Positions 53,735-64,000 of a stretch of 64,000 bases of DNA are shown in pieces. Source of the DNA: Narcine bancroftii (Eukaryota); NCBI RefSeq assembly GCF_036971445.1, contig NC_091471.1, positions 362,700,001-362,764,000 of the forward strand, written 5' to 3'. The position numbers were made by a program, and so were the translations under genes. The notes below the pieces were generated by a model, which worked only from the letters and a program-made list of their open reading frames with translations, searched no databases and was not told where the DNA came from. Each line of letters starts with the position of its first letter. The first letter of the stretch is position 1.

Positions 53735-54899
53735 TTATCAATCAGATGTAATATTCTCTCTCATCCTTGTACAATTCTGGGCAAGTATATCCCTGTCCTA
53801 TGACAATGAGAGAAACACTAGAACCTTGCTGTGACCTAGGAATTTTGTAATAATGATTTCAAGATCCAGCCTTATAACGTACTAGGAATAACAGCAAATT
53901 GAATTGGAGATATTTTCATGGAAAGGGCATATCATGGATGGCTTTACCTTATTAAATAAGCCTTCCATGATGCGCCTTTTCCATGAAAATTGTCAAACAA
54001 AATATATCACTGAGCCACAAGTTAATAGAATGTGAAAACAGGTCAAAGGTGGGGTTTGAGTCTATTGAGGAGGAGAGACGGTGTTAGGCATGGAACTGAA
54101 GCTGCTGTTGGAAACAATGGAATTCCAAAAGCCAGAATAGAAACCAAATACGTGAAGTCTTCTAATTCTAGTTTTAGACTGTCACGTGAGCTTGTACATT
54201 CTAATGCATTTTGATCACTGACAGGTGTGTGGTGCAACTGAATTGATGACGGAGAAGTCGAGACAGAGCCACAAATCCGCAATGTTTATTTCTAACAAAA
54301 GCGATTGAAATGTTCATTTATTACTTGGGCAAATTGATAGTTTATTTAAAGGCCTCAAGTAAGTGCTGGGTGAAGAATTATATTTAAAAAAATAATTTCT
54401 AAATCTATGTCCCCTATGTAAGATGGGCACCACTCAAAACAGCTGGGAACTCTGGCTGATAAACAGATCTGTTCAATTAGGTTTATTTTTAGGCTGAACT
54501 TATAACATTGCAAATGAGGTTTAGTATGGTCAAACCTGAGCAGCGCACTATTGAAAAGTAAACATAGACTTGGTTTATGTGTAGGGTAGAACAAGCCAAG
54601 GGTGATACTGAAAGATACTATATTGTTTGACAGCAATCAACAGCAGGGACCAAATAAAAGAATGTATGGTAAGTTCCAAAATGCTTTGTTTTAATCATCA
54701 CGATGTTTCTGCACTGTTCAAAGGTCAAAAAGGTTGTATTGATCTTGTAAATTATTAGTTAATAATTCAGACATGAATCCTCAACAATGCTTGAAGAATG
54801 AAGTAAATAAAACTTTAGTTCAGTTAATATATGGAGTAAATAGATGGAGTCAATAATTGTATAAACGGGACTGCCTAGTTATTTAAAAATATACTCATT

Positions 54900-55150
54900 A
54901 GACACGATAATACATTGTTTAAAATCTTTATACAAGTCTACTGGCTGGCCAGAGCGATCGTAACCCGATGTTGGTGCCAGTGACGTACCTTTATGCTCTA
55001 AATAAGGCTGCCAGACTTTTAGGAATGTGTTCTATCCCTTCCTGAGATCGTATGTGACCTTTACAAGTGGGATGCAGCTATTCATCTTCGAAGACCACCT
55101 ATCTATGAGTACATGGGAGTCAGACTTCCACGTTACTGCTCTGCCCTTGG
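54900..55150 (-). mobile_element. L1 3' fragment
   Basis: [47 protein letters not shown]. Confidence 0.75.
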
Positions 55151-55600
55151 AGGACCTGTTCTTGCCAATCCTCACTGATTGTGGTCTGGAGGTGAGGAAA
55201 TCCAAGATCCAATTACACAGATCTTGGCATTTGCTGATCAATTTTGAGGGGATGATATTGAACTGTAGTCAATGAAGAGCAGGATGTGTGCATATTTGCT
55301 GTCTGGCTGTTCCAGGGCTTTATGTAGACAGTGAGATGGTATCTGCCATAGACCAGTTGCTGTGGCAGGCAAATTGGTATAGATCACAGGAGATGATGTG
55401 CTTCAACATCAGCCTTTCAAAACACTTCATCTCTGTTGATGCGAGTTCCATTGCCTGATAGTCATTTAGGCAGGTTACTACACTCGTTGGGCACCAGTAT
55501 GATTGGCGCCTATTTGAAACAATTGGGTACCACACCCTGCTGGAGTGAGATGTTAGAGATGCCGGTGAATACACTTTTGAAGAGGGCATGGAAATTGCAC
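55150..55600 (-). mobile_element. LINE RT fragment (Rex1/Babar- or L2-like)
   Basis: [19 protein letters not shown]; VTCLNDYQAM..STEMKCFERL; VVPNCFK. Confidence 0.7.
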
Positions 55601-56499
55601 ACAATCGGAATGTAGTTGATGTAATGTATCTGGATTGTCAAAGACATTTGATTGGATACCATGATTATGTGAAGTTTATGGAGTAGATAGCTGACTTCCA
55701 GGCAGAAAGCTAAGATCAGGAGTAAACTGGAGGATTGTATTCTACAAGGATTAGTAATGAGACCACCGCTATTCACCATTTACATGAACTGATTTGGACT
55801 TGGAATTAAAAATATAATTTATAAAGAACAAATAAATTTATGGATGACACCAGAATGGGGGGAGTAGTATATGGTGAGTCAGACTGCAAAAAGGCAAATA
55901 AATCAAGCTTAACACAGATAGATGCAAGATCATACATTATGATGGGAGGAATAGCAAGGTTAGTCATGAATTGGATATGAGATGTGATTACATTGCAAAT
56001 GAAGTTCAGTATGGTCGAACTTGACCTGCCCACTATTGAAAAGTAAAAATAGACAAACAGTTTGTGTAGGGTAGAACTAGCCAAGGCTATATTGTTTGAC
56101 AGCAATCAATATCCGGGACCAAATAAAGAAAAGAATACAAGGTAAGTTGTAAAATGTTTATTCAAAAAGAGTTTATTGTCATATACAAAAGTAAGATGTA
56201 CAGATGTGCCAAAATTCTTGTTTGCTGAAGCTACACATAGTATGCAAGATCACCAACAACAATAGCTGAGAGCAGGTAATGAGTCTGGGGTCGGGGCATC
56301 GGGAGCTCAGATGGGTTGGCATCTGAGGTATCAGGAGTTTTGGATATCCGGGTGGCTGGGGTGAGAATCTACAGTTGGGAGGTTGACTAGGTGGGTGATT
56401 GGGGCCAGCTATTACATGGGTCATACAAAATGTAATTTTGGGGCCAAAAAAGGGTAGGGATTGATTATTACATCGTGTGGATGATAACATGAATGTGTA

Positions 56500-56722
56500 T
56501 GGTGTAAGGGCAGCACAGATTACAACGCCAACGATCAGGACTGGACTGGGTTCAAATCCTGTGCTGTATGTAAGGAGTTTGCATATTCTCCCCATGTCTG
56601 TGTGGGTTCTCCCACCCCCCCATTCAAAAACATACAGGAGGTGAGGTGTAGATTAATGGGGTGTAAATTGGGTAGCTCAGACTCATGGGCCAAAATGGAC
56701 TGTTCGTGCTGTATGTCTAAAA
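56500..56722 (+). mobile_element. tRNA-derived V-type (HE1-like) SINE
   Basis: gggttcaaatcc B-box followed by V-domain-like tgtaaggagtttgcatattctccccatgtctgtgtgggtt. Confidence 0.65.
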
Positions 56723-57671
56723 TCTTTACAGTTGCAGTTAGTGCAAAATTGATATTGTAATATAGTGCAAATAGATCTTTTGATTATCATAGAGTAGATT
56801 ATGGGCAGGGTAATTCTCAGAAGTTTAAGAGCTTAATAGCTGTTGGGGAAAAAAAAGTTCTTGAAATTCTTCTACCTGAAAGTAGCAGTGAGAAGAGACT
56901 GACCAGATGATGCTGATCCTTTGTGATGTTGGCCACCTTCTTGAGGCAAGGCCTCACATAGATGTCTTCAATGGTTGGTGCATGCGATGGTCTTGGCTAT
57001 GTCACTTTCAGCAGTCCTGTGAACTCAAGTTTCCAAACAAGGCTGTGATGCAACCAGTCAGTTTATATTCCACAGTTCACCTGTTGAAGTTCCACAGAGC
57101 ATTTAACAACAAGGCAAATGTCCTCAGCTGCCTTAGAAAGTAGTGGCAACGGTGTGCCTTGATTGCTGCCCTGGAGAAAATGATTAATTGCAGAGAATAC
57201 AATGAATGTTCAGGATGGAATGTTTCAGTAAAGTGAAGAGACTGAGTTGTTTTTCTTAGATGGAGTGGAAGAGGCAGACGAGGATCTTGTAGAGGTATAC
57301 AGTAGAAGTCCAAAAATCTGGATGCTAGAAATCCAGACCACCCGAGAATCTGAATTTTTCGAAAACTCAATCTTTTCAAATTTTGTGGGCTTTTGTGTGT
57401 GCACAAGTGCCACAGATGCACAGCGGCCACAAGCGAACACATTTAATACAGGTAATGTTATCCCAAAGGCATTGATTTGTATACTGTATTTTTCTTTTAC
57501 AGTGTTCATTTTTAAACATAATTTCAATCATTACATGCTTTTTTAGAGCAAAAATTCTCTTTACACTTTCATCAAATGTTGACTTTATTTTTTTTAGTAC
57601 TGCTTGCTTTGCTCATTCAGCAGATTGATTGTTCCTAATGAACAAGCTATCAAAATGTACCTCTTCATCTT

Positions 57672-60600
57672 TTTAAAAAAAATTTATTTATTCGTTCAAA
57701 AAACAAATAATATATGACATATACAGCAATTAAACATGAGCTTTTTTTTATATATATAGAAAAAAAAAGAAAGGAAAAGAACCTCCTCCCCCCCAGCCAA
57801 CTCTCCTAAGGAGAGCCATAAAAAAGAAAGAATATTAAAAAAGGTTAAATATACATATTAAAATCTAATCAATATAAATTGAAATGTAAATATTCTGAGT
57901 ATAACAGCCACTTATTAATAAAAAATATATAATTATCATGTGAAACATGTAATTTTTTCCATTATTAAACAATATTTAATCTCATTATGCCATCTATTAA
58001 TATCAATCATATTTGTATCTTTCCACATACATTTATATGTATATGACTAGCAATACATTTTTTCACTACAGATAAAGCTAAATATATAAAACTGGAACTT
58101 ATCTAATCCCAAGCCTTTCAGAGGTTGCAAACTACCCAATAAAAATACGGTTGGATCTAAAACTATTTTAATCTTATACAAATATTCTAAAAATTATTGA
58201 ATTTTCTTCCAAACAGCATGAAAAATGTTCCAACCGTATCACCACATCTAAAACACAAGTCTGATTCATTAAAACCATATTTAAAAATTTTTTTTCAGGT
58301 GTCAAATATAATTGATGTAAAAAATTGTAATTAATCGTGCATTTATCGTGCATTTATCAATCTAGTTACACTATCATAACAGATATCTAACCAATCCTCT
58401 TCAGAAAAGATAAAACCAATATCCGCTTCCCATTTAATTTTAGATCTATCCCAACCCTTTTTATCCATAACATCCTGTAATATTTGATACATAAATGAAA
58501 TATAACCTTTCTCTGCTACCTTCATAAGAAAAGTCTCAAATTTAGTCATTTCAGGTAAAATCATATCTCTACCAAACACATTTTATCAAAGATTGAATTT
58601 GATAATAAAGAAATAAAGAATTCTTATCAATACCAAAATCTTCCCTCATCTGATTAAAAGATAAAAACTTACCCTCTTTAAAACAATGTCCCAAATTTTT
58701 CACACCTTTAAATCTCCAATGCAATAAACTTTGATTATGTATTGAAAAAGAAATAAGTTGATTATTATACAACGGAGTCACAGCCAATAATTTGCCCCTA
58801 GAACCTATCATTTTTATTTTTCTTTATCCATAACTTTATTAAATGTTTTAGTATAGGCACATTATATTGTTGCAACATTCATATTCCATCTAAACAAAAA
58901 TTGATGTATTTCAAATTCAGAAATACTTGCCATCTCAATTTTAGCCCAGCTAGAAGGCCATACCAAATCCATCAATGAACTAATAAATTTAAGTTGGGCT
59001 GCCTCATAATAATTTTGAAAATGTGGTAAACGTAATCCCCCTAACTCATATTTCCAAGTTAATTTATTCAAAGCTACTCTCAAAAATTTACCCCTCCATA
59101 AAAACTCTCGAACCATTTTATTTAAATCTTGAAAAAAAAATTATCAAGTAAATATGGAATAGATTGAAACAAATATTGTATACGTGAAAAGATATTCATC
59201 TTGATTGTATTTATCCTTCTCATTAAATTAATAGGTAAATCTTTCCATTTAATCAAATCAGTTTTGATTTTTTTCATGAACAGAACATAATTTAATTTAG
59301 ATGAAGATTGATAATTAACATTCAAAATTATACCCAGATATTTAATTCGATCAGTCCACTTCAAAGTAATAATATTCTTATAAACTAAATAATCTCCTTC
59401 ACTTACCAGTAATATTTCACTTCTTTCCCCAATTAACTTTATATCCAGAAAGACATCCATATTGTATTAAACATTCCTTCAAATGCAAAAGTGACTGAGC
59501 TGGATTTGTTAAATACACCAATGCGTCATCAGCAAATAAATTAATTTTATACTCCTCATCTAAAACTTTCATACCTTGTATCTGTGTATTTTGTCTTGTC
59601 AACTGTGCTAAAGGTTCAATCACTAACGCAAACAAAGCTGGTGATAAAGGACAACCTTGATGAGTTGATCGAGTTAACTTAAAAGATTCTGAAATCAAAC
59701 CATTCGTCAATACTCTAGCTACCGGTTTACTATATAAAGCCCTAATCCAACCAATAAAAGAAGGACCAAACTTAAATTTCTCCAAAAATTTAAACAAAAA
59801 ATTCCATTCAACTCTATCAAATGCTTTTTCTGCATCTAAGGATATCACCATCGGATGATCTAAAGATTGTTGAAATCTATTAATCAAACTAATCACACAC
59901 AAAGTATCTGAAGCATATCTATTTTTTATAAAACCTGTTTGGCTAAATTTTTACCAAAATTGATTCATATTGATCAATCTATTCGCTAATATTTTAGCTA
60001 TTATTTTATAATCTACATTTAACAACGAAATTGGTCTATATAAAGATATTTTCAAAGGATCTCTATCTTTTTTAGGAATTACTGTAATTAAACCACTAGA
60101 ACAAGACTCGGGTAATTCATAATGTTCTCCAACTTGATGTAATACATCCCCAAACACTGTAGATAAATCATCATCAAAATATTTATAAAATTCAACTGAA
60201 AATCCATAATTGCCAGGCAATTTACAATTCAGCATTTCCAGCATAGCCATTTTAATTTTCACATCAGTAAATGGTTCTTCTAACTCCTGTATATCTCCAT
60301 TCTCTAATATTGGTAAATTCAACCGTGACTAAAAAAAGATCAATCGATCCATTTTCCTGTTTTCCTTCAGATGTATATAACTTTATAAAATGAATAAAAT
60401 TCATCATTAATCTCACGAGATTTATAAGTAATAAGAGAATTCCGTCTAACAGCATTAATAGTCCTCGATATCTATTCTTATGTGCTTTCTCTCCCCATTC
60501 GTAATACCGTTGTTTAGTCCTATTAATCACACATTCAAATTGATAAGATTGCAAAGTATTATATTTCAATTTCAGCCTAGATAATTCTATTTTCTGATCT

Positions 60601-63464
60601 TCTGTAGCATCTTTCTGAAATTCCTTTTCTAACTCATCGATCTGTTTCTCTAATTCAAGACTGATTTAATCGATTTTTTTTTAATTTTAGAAGTATAATT
60701 AATTATTTGTCCTCTCAAATAGGCTTTCATAGAATCCCATAATACAAACTTACTTTGAACAGAATTAGAATTGTCTTTAAAAAAAATTAATTTGTTTTTT
60801 TTAAAAATAAATAAATTCCATATTTTTAAACAACATTGTATTAAATCTCCAATGATAAGCTATTTGAATTTTCTCAGAAGTTTCATATGTAAAATATAAC
60901 AGAGAGTGATCTGAAATCACCCTACTTTTATATTCCGCTTGTTGTATTTTCCCTTGTAAATGTGCCGATACTAAAAAGAAGTCAATCCTTGAAAATGATT
61001 CATGTCTAGATGAATAAAAGGAAAAATCTTTCTCTATCGGATTAAGACGTCTCCAAATATCTACTAAATTAAGATCTTTCATCAACGCTTGGACCTGAAT
61101 TGCCATCTTGGATTTTTTAACTTTCTTTGGAGATTTATCTAATAAAGGTTTCAAAACACAATTAAAATCACCACCAACTAAAATATTATCATTAGCCTGA
61201 CCCAAACATAAAAATGCATCCGAAATAAATACTTCATCTGCATTTGGAGCATAAGTATTAAGTAAAGTCCAAAATTCACTAACAATCTTACAATTCAATT
61301 TAAGAATACATCCTGCCTTTTCCTCCATTGATTGTAATTCAAAAGATACATTTTTGTGTATCAAAATTGCTACACCTTTAGCTCTAGAATTAAATGAAGA
61401 AGAATATACATGCCCAACCCAGTCCCTTTTTAATTTCACGCTTTCCTTCACATTCAAATGTGTTTCTTGTAAAAAGGCAATATCAATTTTCATTTTCTTA
61501 ATATACGCCAGGACTCGCTTACGTTTCATCGCACTATTTAATCCTCGAACATTAAAAGTAGCAAACCTCAACTTTGACATATCTACTATTATTACTAAAT
61601 ACCAATAATATCTTTATATAAAAACTCAAATCAACATATATAGGCCCTCCAATAAAAAAATCACAAATTAAAAAAAAATAAAGAAAATCCCCCCCCCCGC
61701 CAAAAAAAAACTACCAAAAGGTAGTAATCCCTTAAACAAAAATTGGGTGTGGGTCACCCACCAGTGGCTGATGACTAGTAGAGAACTTGGTGCAAATCTC
61801 TCCCTCTCCAGCCAAATAATTAGTAACATCCAAGTATCATAATAACAAGAGAAAAAATAGAATAAGAAAATTCTTCGTTTCATCCAGAAGATTCCAATCT
61901 TGAAGATCCAATTTCAGAAGGAGGTGGACTCTTTCCATTCCCGTTTTTCCCATTTCTGCCATTTCTTCCGTTTCCAGAGCTACCAGATTTTTCTTTAGGA
62001 GATAATGATGGTCTACGTATTTGTCCTCTTATATCTGGCAATGAATCAGCAAAAATCATTGCTTCACGATCAAAAAACCGAAATTGATAGTCTCCATAAA
62101 ACACCTTCAACACTGCAGGGTAACGAAAAGTAGACTTATAACCTTTACGCCACAAAACGTCTTTAACTGGATTGAATCGATGTCGACGTTGAATGACCTC
62201 TTGACTCAGATCAGGATAAAAAAAAGACTCTACTATTCTGAATCAATAATGGAGTTTGTTGTCTCACATTTTGTACTGCAAGTCGAAGTATTGCTTCTCT
62301 ATCCAAATAACTCAAACATCGAATTATTATCGGTCTCAGTGATTGACCAGCTGAGGGTGTTCTTCTTAAAGCTCTATGGGCTCTTTCCAGTGCCAATCCC
62401 CCAGAGAAAAATTCTTGCCATAATATTTGCGGAATCCAGTCTTTAAAGAAACGAAGAGGATCTTGTCCTTCCATACCTTCTGGCAAACCAACAATTTTCA
62501 CATTATTCCTTCTTCTTTGATTTTCCAAATAATCTATTTTTATTTCTAGCTCCTTCTCATGTTCCACCTTCAGTACTTTTTCTGTGTTAGAAGTCACTTG
62601 TTGTTTACAGTCCAAAAAAGCAGTCTGAAATTTTTAAAAATTCTTCATAAGATGCATCCACACATGTCTTAACCATATTTAATTCTGAACTTATACCAGC
62701 ATTCATTTGAACCATTTCATTCATTTGAGATGTCAACAAAGTTTTTATAACAGCTTGAATAACTACATTTAATTGCATACACTGTAAGTCAGTAAATCTC
62801 AGCTCTGCTCTCTCTGACATGGTGGCAGAACAAGGTAACTGCAGCTCCTGCTGCAACTCAACAGAAGGCATTTTAAAAGTTTTACTGTGGGTCTGGACTC
62901 CCAGCGACGGCACCCCGACTTCCTCGGGGTCGCCGCTGGTCTCCCCCCTCGCATCTCATTGTTTTTTCATCAATTCATGAAGAAAAACGATTTCTTCAGA
63001 TTGAAATCCTACCTGATGCATTTCCAACAATGGAGTCGTTTTCCTGCGTGCTCCCTCCATTAAAGTTGAAAGGCTTTCCAAATCAGGGTCCACTTCTTGG
63101 GAACACGCACCTTCTTCCGGAGAATGGGTAATTCCAGCGCCATCCTTCATTTGGTGAGCAATAAAAAAAATTTTTCAGCCCCCACTGGCGACCTTTGGGG
63201 TTTAGACAATGAAGAGATTGAGCCTGGGGCTGTATCAAGTCGTCTAGGCCCCAAATCTTCAGCACTTCAAAAATGTAACTTCTTATGAACTTGAGGTTTA
63301 GTCTTTTTACCATTAGTGGCCATAATAATTCCTTAATATTTTAAACTAAAATTTAAAAAGTTTAAACTTGGAAAAAAAAGGGTTAAAAAAACAGGTATTT
63401 AAAAGTCTGGTCAGAGAGGTCGAGATTGCACGTCTAGGCTCTACGCCATCTTGCCACATCCCCA
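57672..63464 (-). mobile_element. Full-length (about 5.8 kb) L1 LINE, frameshifted
   Basis: 5' end GGGGATGTGGCAAGATGGCG; ORF1 remnants (LENQRRRNNVKIVGLPEG, LERAHR, FRYPAVL); ORF2 from 61580 with APE endonuclease (FNVRGLN, FLQETH, GGDFN, SRIDFFL, SDH) and RT (SLDAEKAFDRVEW, QGCPLSP, LFADD); TSD TCTTCATCTT at 57662-57671 and 63465-63474. Confidence 0.95.
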
Positions 63465-64000
63465 TCTTCATCTTCTTTATTCCTCCTTAATTTTGAATTT
63501 TAAAAGTACTGTCCGAGAATGCAGAAAATCTGGACCGACCAAATCACTGAACAGTCTGGGATTTAGGACTTCTACTGTAAAAAGCTACTATGAAGGGATG
63601 AGGTGAGTGGTGGTATGGACAGGATACATTCAGACAAATGTTTCTGCACAGCAGAGAAGTCTGAAATCTGAGAGAAGAGGTTAAAGTAAGGGGTAAGGAG
63701 TTTATAGTTAATCTTGGGATTTTTTTCATCCAAAGGATGGTTGAAATCTGAAACTCGCCTGAATGGGTAGTAGAATCAGGTTTTTTCACCACAATTATTT
63801 GGTCGAGCATTTGATTCCTCAAGGTACAGATCAGGCGCCTGTAAATGGGATTAGTACAGATAGATATTTGATGGTTGTTGTGGACTTAATGGGCCGAAGA
63901 ACCTGTTTCTCTGCTCTATGTTGTGTGCTCTTTGTAAACGTTTTTGAGCTGTGACAGTAGCTCATGACGCAAGTAAATTACTGCCTGTATTCTTTCATGG

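Noticed and set aside
56500-56600. tRNA-like B box
   Set aside because: No cloverleaf; it is a SINE head
51720-57660. Search for 3' exons of FAM20A, the convergent neighbour in mammals
   Set aside because: No translation I tried resembled FAM20A; it probably lies beyond the window

Overview
Vertebrate genomic DNA, not prokaryotic. The repeat landscape (V/HE1-type SINEs, CR1, fish-type L1, RTE, Penelope) suggests a cartilaginous fish; this is inference. The window holds one complete protein-coding gene on +: PRKAR1A (PKA regulatory subunit RI-alpha), 10 coding exons from 15355 to 44630, 1143 nt, 380 aa, all introns GT-AG. It has a CpG-island promoter (GC box, NRF1-like motif, full CRE) and a 3' UTR running to about 48200. 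The promoter region lies among three GC-rich tandem arrays, a ~60-bp inverted repeat and a 144-N gap. The rest is mostly transposon-derived: a full-length L1 with target-site duplication (TSD), a 5'-inverted L1, a young RTE, CR1, Penelope, a solo LTR, and pogo/Tigger, hAT, piggyBac and Chapaev3-like DNA elements, three of them nested in one intron. I found no convincing wholly new gene system. The best leads are the twin-priming-type inverted L1, the triple nesting, the Jeffreys-core minisatellite, the unusual promoter architecture and substitutions next to the RI-alpha inhibitor site.
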